Positions 21,273-30,293 of a DNA stretch of 64,000 bases are shown here, piece by piece. Origin of the DNA: Candidatus Omnitrophota bacterium (GTDB taxonomy: Bacteria; Hinthialibacterota; Hinthialibacteria; Hinthialibacterales; Hinthialibacteraceae); assembly GCA_016934335.1 (NCBI GenBank), contig JAFGTC010000035.1, positions 208 through 64,207 on the forward strand. Reading direction: 5' to 3'. The translations under genes and the position numbers were made by a program. A model generated the notes under the pieces. It was not told the origin of the DNA, did no database searches, and saw only the letters and a program-made list of their open reading frames with translations. Each line of letters begins with the position of its first letter. Within the stretch, counting starts at the first letter, position 1.

Positions 21273-22619
21273 ATGGAAGCGGGGAAGATGGATCGCCGAA
21301 AATGCTTGCAGGCGCTTTCCATTTTCGGATCGTCTTCGTTTTTATCGCAATATGGCTGGGGTAAAACAAATTCGCCGCAAAAACGCCGCCCCAACATTAT
21401 TATCATCCTTGCTGATGATATGGGATATGGCGACCTTTCCTGTTACGGCGGCGAAACCATTCAAACGCCTCACTTAGATGCATTAGCCGCGGGCGGGGCG
21501 AGATTTTCCGATTTCCATTCCAGTGGCCCTGTTTGCAGCCCGACGCGCGCTGGATTGTTAACCGGACGCTATCAGCAGCGCTGCGGGATTCCTGAGGTGC
21601 TTACCGTTGCAGGACGCCGGGACCAAGGGCTGTCGCCCGAGGAAGTCACATTCTCGAAATTGTTCCAAGAAGCCGGATACAAAACGGCTTGTTTTGGTAA
21701 ATGGCATTTAGGCTATCGGCCTGAATTCAATCCAATCCATCATGGATTCGGCCAATTCCGCGGCTATCTCAGCGGCAATGTCGATTATATTTCGCATATC
21801 GATCAAGCCGGCGTATACGATTGGTGGGACGGCGCGGCACAGATTCACGAAGAAGGATATGTCACCCGACTGATTACGAAACACGCGCTGCGCTTCATCG
21901 AAGAAAATCAAGACAATCCTTTTCTGCTTTACCTGCCCCACGAAGCGCCTCATTATCCCTATCAAGGACCGAATGATAATGCGGATCGGACCGTAGGCGG
22001 TAAATTTGATAATCACGGCAGCCGCCAGGACGTCAAAGGCGCCTACAAAATCATGATCGAAGAACTGGATGACAGCGTCGGCGAGGTGATGGAAAAAATT
22101 CGGCGGCTGCATCTCGAACGCGATACCTTCGTTTTCTTCTTCTCAGATAATGGAGCGACGCAAGCCGGTTCGAACGGCCCTTTGCGCGGATTCAAAGGCA
22201 GCTTGTGGGAAGGCGGCCACCGCGTCCCTGCGTTTGCCTATTGGCCGGGAATCGTGCCGCCAGCGCGAATCATTCGCGATCCCGCCATCAGTTTGGACAT
22301 TTTTCCAACATTGCTCTCCGCGGCTGAGATCAAAAGACCGGCTGGATTCAATCCGGATGGAATCGATTTGCTGCCTTTCCTATGCTTCACTGAAAAAATT
22401 CCGAATCGAACTTTGTATTGGTGGTACAAACGCCAAAAAGCGGTTCGCCAGGGAGATTGGAAACTGCTTGTCCAAGAGAACGGCAATGCCGAAACAGTTA
22501 GGTTATTCAATCTTCAACATGACTTAGCCGAGAAGAATGATGTTTCTTCCCAACATCCGGATTTGATGAAGACTCTATTAAATTCACTCAACCGATGGCT
22601 GGAAGATGTGAAGCAATGA
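21273..22619 (+). CDS. Cys-type sulfatase (arylsulfatase family)
   Basis: PNIIIILADDMGYGDL and the formylglycine motif CSPTRAGLLTGRY. Start set to ATG 21273, 14 nt after the upstream stop. Confidence 0.85.
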   Translation: MEAGKMDRRKCLQALSIFGSSSFLSQYGWGKTNSPQKRRPNIIIILADDMGYGDLSCYGGETIQTPHLDALAAGGARFSDFHSSGPVCSPTRAGLLTGRYQQRCGIPEVLTVAGRRDQGLSPEEVTFSKLFQEAGYKTACFGKWHLGYRPEFNPIHHGFGQFRGYLSGNVDYISHIDQAGVYDWWDGAAQIHEEGYVTRLITKHALRFIEENQDNPFLLYLPHEAPHYPYQGPNDNADRTVGGKFDNHGSRQDVKGAYKIMIEELDDSVGEVMEKIRRLHLERDTFVFFFSDNGATQAGSNGPLRGFKGSLWEGGHRVPAFAYWPGIVPPARIIRDPAISLDIFPTLLSAAEIKRPAGFNPDGIDLLPFLCFTEKIPNRTLYWWYKRQKAVRQGDWKLLVQENGNAETVRLFNLQHDLAEKNDVSSQHPDLMKTLLNSLNRWLEDVKQ

Positions 22620-22758
22620 GACGCTGTGTATAAACATTCGACAAATCGCCTGTAAAAGAATCTTATGCGGCGTCCCTCCGTTTTGCGCCCCCCGCGCATT
22701 ATAATTCCCTCCGGTTCGCTTGAGCGCGCCGATCCATTCATGATTCACGCCGTCGGCT

Positions 22759-24045
22759 TTGCATGCCGGCGTTTCTTTGTTTATGTTCGATCCAACAAAT
22801 CATCAAATTTCCGCCCAATATCACCGCCGTAATTTCTTGATGCACATGGTGGACGGCATTCTTTTTATGGGCGGTTTGGCGTTCACATCCACAGAAATCG
22901 TTTTATCGGTGTTGATTTACCGTCTGGGCGGGAGCGAAGCGGCCATTGGCTGCGTATTCGCTCTAACCGAATTAGGCGTTGCGCTCCCCCAGCTGCTCAC
23001 GGCCCCGTTCATCGACGGACTGCCGCGCAAGAAAATTCTAGTTTTATTCAGCGGTCTGGCGCAGCGAATTCCCTGGCTGATCCTGGCGTTTCTTTTGTTT
23101 TTCACTCCATTCAATCAAGACGGGCGCGACGTCCCGCTCGTATTGGGATTCATTACGACCACATTTCTGATCACAGGATTCATGGGGCCGGCCTGGAATG
23201 AATTCGTCGCATCGACCGTCCCCCGAACCTTTCGCGGCCGCCTTTTTGCATTGCGACAGGCTATTTCGGGGATTATAGGAATCGGAGCGGGATTCGCCGT
23301 CACATATATTTTGGAAACAGCAGATTTCCCCCGCAATTTTTCCTATTTGTTCCTGACGACCTTCCTGTTCTGGATCGCATCCCTCACCTGCTTAGCGTTT
23401 GTACGCGAAACCGCGCAGCCGGTTCGAAATCATGAAAGTCTGCGGCATTACCTGTTCAAACACGTCCCCGACATACTCAAAAACGACGGCGATTATCGTT
23501 GGTTTCTGGTCGTAAAGGCCGGCATGCTGCTATCGCTGATTTCGTTTGGCTTCTATTCCGTCTATGCGATTAAACGCTTTGATCTTCCCGCCAGCGAAGC
23601 GGGCGCTTTCGTCCGATATTACATGCTGGGGATGATCGGATGGTCTTTTTTGTTCGGATACCTAGCCGACCGCTTCGGGCATCGAATCAATATCATCCTG
23701 TTCTGCGTTATGGTGATATTCCAAAGCATGGCGGCGCTTTTGACGCCGTCCGCCGCCTTGTTCAAAGTCATCTTCTTATTCCTGGGAGCGAACCGCAGCA
23801 TTCAGATTATCACCTTTGTTGCGATGCCCATGGAATACGCCGATTCGCGCGATCGCCCCACCTATTATGCGCTGAGCAATACGCTGCTCGCTCCGTTTTA
23901 TCTATCGGCCCTGTTGGGGGGATTCCTGATTCCCTTCATCGGATATCGAGGGCTCTTTATAATGGCGGCGAGTTTTGCCTCTTTTACGCTGCTTTGCGCA
24001 ATCTTCTTCGTTCGCGACCCCCGGCGCATACGGTGCGAATCCTAA
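22759..24045 (+). CDS. MFS-type transporter (substrate unknown)
   Basis: About 12 predicted hydrophobic helices. The TTG start is from the track; an in-frame ATG at 22783 is an alternative. Confidence 0.6.
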   Translation: MHAGVSLFMFDPTNHQISAQYHRRNFLMHMVDGILFMGGLAFTSTEIVLSVLIYRLGGSEAAIGCVFALTELGVALPQLLTAPFIDGLPRKKILVLFSGLAQRIPWLILAFLLFFTPFNQDGRDVPLVLGFITTTFLITGFMGPAWNEFVASTVPRTFRGRLFALRQAISGIIGIGAGFAVTYILETADFPRNFSYLFLTTFLFWIASLTCLAFVRETAQPVRNHESLRHYLFKHVPDILKNDGDYRWFLVVKAGMLLSLISFGFYSVYAIKRFDLPASEAGAFVRYYMLGMIGWSFLFGYLADRFGHRINIILFCVMVIFQSMAALLTPSAALFKVIFLFLGANRSIQIITFVAMPMEYADSRDRPTYYALSNTLLAPFYLSALLGGFLIPFIGYRGLFIMAASFASFTLLCAIFFVRDPRRIRCES

Positions 24046-24208
24046 AAAACCGTTTCACATGATTTGCATGCTGTTGTTCTTGCACCAATTCCCTTTTATC
24101 ACCATCATTGCCATTCAATCGGATCTTATGTTACGATAATCATCGATTGCATGAAAAACGCGAACCTGCGAACCGCCGCCTTTTCAATCCCTGAAGAGAG
24201 GAAAAACC

Positions 24209-24880
24209 ATGCGCCGGAAAGCATTCACCCTGATCGAACTGCTTATTGTGGTCGCCATCATTGGAATCTTAGCCGCCATTGCCGTCCCCAATTTTCTCAA
24301 TGCGCAAACCCGCGCCAAAATCGCCCGTAATTTGTCTGACATGAAAAGCCTGTCCACAGCGGTCATGTCGCTTCAGGTTGATAAAGGGGCTTACCCGGTC
24401 GACTGGTGGGATGACGACACTCAATTGGGCTGCGAACGCTTGGAAAAATTATTCAACAATGTCGGCGCAGGAACCGGCTGCCCCCAACCGAATGGGCGCA
24501 ATATGTTCGCCGTGCTGGGGCCTCTGACCAGCCCGGTCGCTTATATGTCGTCGATTCCGCTGGATCCTTTCTTTGAAGGTCCGGGAGGCGAACAATCCTC
24601 CTATCGCTACGGCGATTACGAAGCCGCCTACAAAGGGCAGTCCGGAACCAATGATTACAACCACAACTTCAACGCCCTGAAGCCCGGCATCGCCGAAACA
24701 GTGAGTCTGCGGCCTTTGGGGCTCGGTGAATTCGCCCTGATCGGAAGCGGCCCCGATCGAGAATTCGGCATCGGTGCGGGAGCGAGCGATCCTCAGCGCG
24801 GCATTCCCTACAACGCTTCCAACGGTTTGACGACCATAGGCGACATCGTCTTTCGCTCCGGCGGAGGAAATCAATATTGA
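24209..24880 (+). CDS. GspG-like pseudopilin / prepilin-type N-terminal cleavage-methylation protein (paralog 1)
   Basis: MRRKA|FTLIELLIVVAIIGILAAIAVPNFLNAQTRAKIA class-III signal. Internal LTSPVAYMSSIPLDPF. C-terminal YNASNGLTTIGDIVFRSG. Confidence 0.8.
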   Translation: MRRKAFTLIELLIVVAIIGILAAIAVPNFLNAQTRAKIARNLSDMKSLSTAVMSLQVDKGAYPVDWWDDDTQLGCERLEKLFNNVGAGTGCPQPNGRNMFAVLGPLTSPVAYMSSIPLDPFFEGPGGEQSSYRYGDYEAAYKGQSGTNDYNHNFNALKPGIAETVSLRPLGLGEFALIGSGPDREFGIGAGASDPQRGIPYNASNGLTTIGDIVFRSGGGNQY

Positions 24881-24997
24881 CGAATGAAATGATGCTATTC
24901 ATTGCGATCCTGCTTAGATTATCTCGCCGGATTTAAATCAGCGGGGGGACGGCCTCTATGCCGCCCCCCATTGTCTGCACTATTCAAGTTGATTGGT

Positions 24998-26377
24998 TTA
25001 TTGCCCCTTTGATCCTTCCAGCGATCTCCTGCGCAGTTGATCTACATAAACCGCCGCAATGATGATCAGGCCGATAACGATTCGTTGAACGAAGGAGGAA
25101 ATGCCAAGAATATTGCATCCGTTGCGCAGAAATTTGATAATAAACGCGCCGATGACGGAGCCGAAAATGGTTCCCTCGCCGCCCATGAAACTTCCGCCTC
25201 CGATGACCACCGCCGCGATGACCTCCAATTCCATGCCAATCGCTTCCGCCGGCTGCCCGGTGTTCAATCGCGATGCGTGGAGAATGCCCGCCAGCCCCGC
25301 CGTGAATCCTCCAATCATATAAACAAATACTTTTACACGCTCCACATTCACGCCGCACAAGCGAGCCGTGCGTTCATTGGAGCCGACGGCGTACACCTGC
25401 ACTCCAAAAACGGTATAGCGTAAGATAAAAGCGGAAACCAGGGCCAAGGGAATCAGGATGAACAAAGAATACGGTAGCAAAAGAATTTTATCGCCTTTGG
25501 CAATGAAATTGGGATAAGCCTCTTCCAACAACAACCGATTCAGATGGATTAAATCGCTTCCCTGTAAATTTTGTACAACGCTGTCCTGGACGCCGCTCGA
25601 TAAAACAATTCCCTCAAACCGCTCCGGCGTATACAGTAAATCCTGACGAATGATCTTGTTGAAGTCGTCCGTCAAGCCAGTTTGAATCTTCTCCGGAACC
25701 TCGGCGGTGGAATTCCACGCTTCGATTTGTTGAAGAGTTTCCGGCGATAGAGAATTTCGCAAGTGAACGGCCAGAGGATCATGTCCGGATTTAATGCGGT
25801 TGCTCAACGCCTTCATATTTAATTCCTCTTCAGAAAATTCAACGCTCACTTTCAGAGGAATCTCCATCACGGAATTGGCGATGTTGCCGAATTGCGAAGG
25901 AATGTTGGTGACAGGAAGTCCGCCGACGGAATGAAGAGCCAATCCGCGCACGATTTCCATCATTCCCAGCGTTACGATAAACGGCGCCAGTTTTCCTTTC
26001 GTGATGACGACGCCATTGATCCAGCCGCAAACGGCGCCGGTTAAAAGACCCGCCAGAAGACCGTACCACAATCCCCATCCAAGATAATCGGCGGACATGA
26101 CCATAGTGGCGTACACGCCGGCTAAGGCGACGACCGATCCAACCGAAAGATCTATGCCCGCGCTGACTATGACAAAAGTCATGCCGATGGCCGCAATGGC
26201 GATGACTGTCGTTTGCCCGATTACATTGCTTACATTCTGAAAACTAAAGAACAATTCCGGCTTTTCCCATCCAAAAATCACTATCACTAAAACAAGGGCG
26301 AAAACCGGACCGAGCTTCCCGAAAAGCTGCCATAACTTCCTACTTGTGCTTTGCCACATAACCTTCCTCATAACCAA
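24998..26377 (-). CDS. Sugar ABC transporter permease (RbsC/BPD_transp_2 type) with large internal insert
   Basis: Conserved blocks TVIAIAAIGMTFVIVSAGIDLSVGS, FGVQVYAVGSNERTARLCGVNV and IAAVVIGGGSFMGGEGT. Length is 459 aa versus about 320-340 typical. Confidence 0.8.
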   Translation of the reverse strand: MVMRKVMWQSTSRKLWQLFGKLGPVFALVLVIVIFGWEKPELFFSFQNVSNVIGQTTVIAIAAIGMTFVIVSAGIDLSVGSVVALAGVYATMVMSADYLGWGLWYGLLAGLLTGAVCGWINGVVITKGKLAPFIVTLGMMEIVRGLALHSVGGLPVTNIPSQFGNIANSVMEIPLKVSVEFSEEELNMKALSNRIKSGHDPLAVHLRNSLSPETLQQIEAWNSTAEVPEKIQTGLTDDFNKIIRQDLLYTPERFEGIVLSSGVQDSVVQNLQGSDLIHLNRLLLEEAYPNFIAKGDKILLLPYSLFILIPLALVSAFILRYTVFGVQVYAVGSNERTARLCGVNVERVKVFVYMIGGFTAGLAGILHASRLNTGQPAEAIGMELEVIAAVVIGGGSFMGGEGTIFGSVIGAFIIKFLRNGCNILGISSFVQRIVIGLIIIAAVYVDQLRRRSLEGSKGQ

Positions 26378-26435
26378 ATTTCAAAGACAATCATAAAACA
26401 ATATAATGCCGCAGGCATCCTTGCTCTTCTTCAGG

Positions 26436-27974
26436 CTAAGCGCTCGCCGCTATCTCATCCGACAAGCCGGTAGCCAGCGTCATGACGCCGTCTTCGTTGA
26501 TTTCATCGATGGCGTATTTCCGACTGATGCCGCCATGGTGCATGACATAAAGCGAATCGCACATGCCAAACAGTTCGGGCAAGTAACTGGAAACCATAAC
26601 AATCCCGCATCCTTCTACGGCGAGTTGATCCATTAATTTATAAATCTCCACTTTCGAACCGACGTCGATGCCTCTTGTAGGTTCATCGAGAAGCAGCACT
26701 TTCGTGTCTGCGCCTAAGAGCCGGGCCAGCGCGACTTTCTGCTGATTCCCTCCTGACAGCTGATTGACCTTTTGATCGGGCGATTCAGTTTTTACTCCGA
26801 CTTGATGGATCAAATCCCAAGATAGATCTTTAAGTCTTTTATAGGAAACAACGCCCCTTCGACTAATTTTATCGGGAATGGTCAGAGTCATGTTTATGGC
26901 GACGGAGAGATTTTGCGCCAATCCTTCTCCCGCACGATCCTCGCTAAGAAGCCCTACTTTCTTTCGAGTTAATTTGCGGGGGGTCGGAGAAAGAATCGTG
27001 ACTCCCTGCATCGAGAGTTCTTCCACTTGCCCCGGCTCGAGGCCAAAAAGCGCGCGCAGCATCTCCGTGCGGCCCGTACCCACCAAACCGGCGATTCCTG
27101 TTATTTCTCCCTTATTTACTTCGAAGCAGACGTCATGCGTCCCGTTAGGGCTGGAAAGATTCTTCACAGTAAACAAAATCTCGCCGATCGCATGATCCGT
27201 TTTTGGATACAGATCTTCGATCGTCCGCCCGACCATCATCTGTATCAAATTCTCGGGAGAGACGGAATTCATCTCGCCGTGACTGACGCCCTCGCCGTCG
27301 CGAAGAACAGTATATACATCCCCAATTTCCCCGAATTCCTCCAGATTATGGGAGATATAAATAATACCCACTCCTTTTTCACGGAGTTTCCGTATCAATT
27401 CGAACAGTTTGAGAGTCTCTTTCTCCGATAGAGCGGCGGTCGGCTCATCCATAATAATGAGGCGCGCATCAACGCTGAGCGCTCGCGCAATTTCCACCAA
27501 CTGGCGCTGAGCGACGCCCAATTGGCTGACGGGAATATTGGGATTGATATCCGCATCTAACTGCTGAAAAATTTGACGGGTGCGTTCGCGCTGTTCTCTC
27601 TTCTGCACCAATCCACGGCGAAGGATTTCATGACCGAGAAAAATGTTAGAATAAACCGGCAAGTGCGTCGCCAAGTTCAATTCCTGATAGATCATGGCAA
27701 TGCCGGCCATTAACGCTTCTTTAGGATGGGAAGCGGCGAAACGCTTTCCTCGATAGTAAATCTCTCCTTGATCGGCGGGATGAACACCAGTAAGAATTTT
27801 CATCAACGTGCTTTTGCCGGCCCCATTTTCCCCTACTAAAATATGCACTTGTCCGGGCTCAACCGTCAAATTCACGCCGGACAAGGCCTTCGTAGCGCCG
27901 AAGGCCTTGTGGATATTGCTCATTTTAAGCAGCGGTTCAGACAATTTCTCTCCCTCTTTCCATTTACTCTTCAT
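26436..27974 (-). CDS. Sugar ABC transporter ATP-binding protein, tandem-ATPase RbsA type
   Basis: Two ABC cassettes: GENGAGKST plus LGVAQRQLVEIARAL, and a second with LSGGNQQKVALARLL and LLLDEPTRGIDVG. Confidence 0.9.
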   Translation of the reverse strand: MKSKWKEGEKLSEPLLKMSNIHKAFGATKALSGVNLTVEPGQVHILVGENGAGKSTLMKILTGVHPADQGEIYYRGKRFAASHPKEALMAGIAMIYQELNLATHLPVYSNIFLGHEILRRGLVQKREQRERTRQIFQQLDADINPNIPVSQLGVAQRQLVEIARALSVDARLIIMDEPTAALSEKETLKLFELIRKLREKGVGIIYISHNLEEFGEIGDVYTVLRDGEGVSHGEMNSVSPENLIQMMVGRTIEDLYPKTDHAIGEILFTVKNLSSPNGTHDVCFEVNKGEITGIAGLVGTGRTEMLRALFGLEPGQVEELSMQGVTILSPTPRKLTRKKVGLLSEDRAGEGLAQNLSVAINMTLTIPDKISRRGVVSYKRLKDLSWDLIHQVGVKTESPDQKVNQLSGGNQQKVALARLLGADTKVLLLDEPTRGIDVGSKVEIYKLMDQLAVEGCGIVMVSSYLPELFGMCDSLYVMHHGGISRKYAIDEINEDGVMTLATGLSDEIAASA

Positions 27975-28971
27975 TCAATATAGAAAGATCAGGATTCAAC
28001 ACTTTCTGCATCTCCGGATCATTTATATTTCCCGGAGTGATCAGATAGACGCCTGTATCAATTCGGCGCTCCACATCCAGACCGTCGAGATAACTCACAA
28101 TCGATTTCACACTCTGGTATCCCATATTGAAAGGATTTTGGATCACCAGCGCATGAATTTCTTTGTTATTCAATCCCTCCAGCAAATCGACGGAGGAATC
28201 AAATCCGACGAAAATCTTCTTGCCGGCGAGATTTAATCCGCGCAACGCCATTAAGGCGCCGTGAGCGCTGCTCTCATTGGAAGCGAAGATGGCATCTACG
28301 TTGGGATGAGCCGTCAACATATCTTCCGTAACCGATCGAGATTTATCCTTATCGCTGTATCCGTACTGCGAATCGATAATTTGAATATCGGGAAATTCCT
28401 TGGCAAGAGTATCTTCAAAGCCTTTTTCCCGTTGATTGGTCGAATCGCTGCCGGGATCGCATCGCGTGATAATGCACGTGCCTTTTCCATTCAACAGCCG
28501 CCCCAATTCTTTGCTCGCTTTCACGCCGCCTTGATTATTGTCAGTGGCGACAAAACTCACATATTTATCGCTGTTGATGCCGGAATCAAAAATCACGCAG
28601 GGGATGCGCGCATCTGCGATCTGCTCTACCACTTTCACGAGAGCGTTTTGGTCTTGGGGCGCGAGTACGATCCCATCCACTTTGCGAACAACAAAATCCT
28701 GGGTGATGGCGATCTGCTGATCTTTCATGGTCTCGGTTTGAGGACCGTTCCATGCGATTTCAACGCCGAGTTCTTTTCCCGCCGTCAGTGCGCCTGCATG
28801 AACAGATTGCCAAAAAACATGCGCTGTTCCTTTGGGGATCACGGCGATTACTCGTTTGTCTGTTTTTGCCGATTCATCAGCATCATGCTTTGCGCAGCCA
28901 ATAACAAATATCGTTAAAGCCATGCCGGCAACAGCCGCACATAAGAGTGAAAACGTCTTCATGCGCTTCAT
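27964..28971 (-). CDS. Sugar ABC transporter substrate-binding lipoprotein (RbsB-like, periplasmic-binding-protein type I)
   Basis: Lipobox FVIGCA. Type I PBP blocks VIAVIPKGTAHVFWQ, VDGIVLAP and FVGFDSS. Start set to M15 (28971). Overlaps the ATPase gene by 11 nt. Confidence 0.85.
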   Translation of the reverse strand: MKRMKTFSLLCAAVAGMALTIFVIGCAKHDADESAKTDKRVIAVIPKGTAHVFWQSVHAGALTAGKELGVEIAWNGPQTETMKDQQIAITQDFVVRKVDGIVLAPQDQNALVKVVEQIADARIPCVIFDSGINSDKYVSFVATDNNQGGVKASKELGRLLNGKGTCIITRCDPGSDSTNQREKGFEDTLAKEFPDIQIIDSQYGYSDKDKSRSVTEDMLTAHPNVDAIFASNESSAHGALMALRGLNLAGKKIFVGFDSSVDLLEGLNNKEIHALVIQNPFNMGYQSVKSIVSYLDGLDVERRIDTGVYLITPGNINDPEMQKVLNPDLSILNEE

Positions 28972-29197
28972 TAACCCATCTCCTTCTATTTTTAAATAGT
29001 AAATAAGCATCAAATATTTTTGTTTTAAAGAATTTACAAGACAAGATTCCGACTCAAAACAATTTTTTCATTGTATGCCAACAATGGTATGAATCAAAGG
29101 CGCCGATTCGAGAGAAATGGAGAGAAAAAGAGGTCAATTCGAAGAGAAATCGCTAGATAAATGAACACAAACTTTCAAGTTGTATCATGGATCCCAA

Positions 29198-29848
29198 TCA
29201 ACGGCGGATCACCTCAATAGTCACCGTAAACGATCCGGCGTTATCGGAGGATGCGCCGGGATAATCGAGCATCGCCAGATAGAGTTTACGCGCTCCGCGA
29301 GGAACCACAATCTGCTTATGCCGCCCAATGATAAAGGGGATTCTTTGATTGTCGAACAAACCGACCAGGGATCCAATCGGTCCTTCAAACGGCTTAATTT
29401 CAAGAACAGCGTCTGTTTTCACTATGATGCCGGAATCAATCCACCCCCTTGGGCCGTAACTGAGCGAAGTAATGGGAATATGCCGAGCTTTCCCCGTTGC
29501 ATAAATATCGAGCGTCTCGCCGCCGACAATCACGCCGTCTAAAACCGAAACAGGGGAATTATCCGGCGCCCAATCGCTTAAACCGCCTTCCGGATATTCA
29601 AGCACTACGTCCGATTTTGCCTCGGCTAAAAAAATATCCGACGTCGCCGGAACGACAACTGTATCGGTCTTCAAATGACCGTATTCTTTAGCGGGATCGA
29701 TAATGCTGGGTGTTTTAAGAAAATCCTTGGGGCCCAAAAAGCCGCCGATATTTTCCTGACATCCGGAAAAAAAAACGCCCAGGAGAGATAAAACAGCGCC
29801 TATCCCCCAGAACGGGACTTTCCTAAAAAATTTCAAGATGCAAAACAT
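29198..29848 (-). CDS. Lipoprotein with C-terminal PA-IL/LecA-like lectin domain (tentative)
   Basis: Lipobox VFFSGCQ. The C-terminal about 115 aa (GETLDIYATG...SYGPRGW...IGSLVGLF...IPFIIG...LYLAMLDYPGASSDNAGSFTVTIE) lines up by eye with P. aeruginosa LecA (GDVITIVAAG...SYGP..W...CGALVMKIG..IPV..G...[24 protein letters not shown]). Confidence 0.5.
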   Translation of the reverse strand: MFCILKFFRKVPFWGIGAVLSLLGVFFSGCQENIGGFLGPKDFLKTPSIIDPAKEYGHLKTDTVVVPATSDIFLAEAKSDVVLEYPEGGLSDWAPDNSPVSVLDGVIVGGETLDIYATGKARHIPITSLSYGPRGWIDSGIIVKTDAVLEIKPFEGPIGSLVGLFDNQRIPFIIGRHKQIVVPRGARKLYLAMLDYPGASSDNAGSFTVTIEVIRR

Positions 29849-30293
29849 TCTTTTCTTTCCCTCAATCATACAGAACCACATTATCAACTCCATCTTATCC
29901 CGCCAACAAGTGAAAAAGATAAAGATTTAGAAATCCAAGAAGAGTTGACGCGTGATGCATTCCTCATCTATTCCGATGAGATTAAAACAAAAATAGATGA
30001 TTTATTACTACTATCAATCCTGTTTATCATTAAGTATATTGCTATGCTCTATCAAATAAAAGTAATACTATACAACAAAAAAACTCCCAATATCGACTAC
30101 TGTATCAAAATTCCGAAAAATATTTAAGTACTTTCTCATGACTCAAAAATAGATTCCCACAAAGTAGGGAAAAATCCAAATTTTCCTTTCATTTAGATTA
30201 CCTAGTACTCTCTTTCACGGACATTTATCCCATGAGTGGGAAAGAGGAATAATAAATAGACGCCCCTTTCCCACTCATGATTATAGATTTAAG

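Noticed and set aside
29945-30127. A 60-aa ORF in the AT-rich gap (MTRDAFLIYSDEIKTKIDDLLLLSILFIIKYIAMLYQ...).
   Set aside because: It has an Ile/Lys/Tyr-rich composition as expected from random AT-rich DNA. It has no RBS and no recognisable motif.
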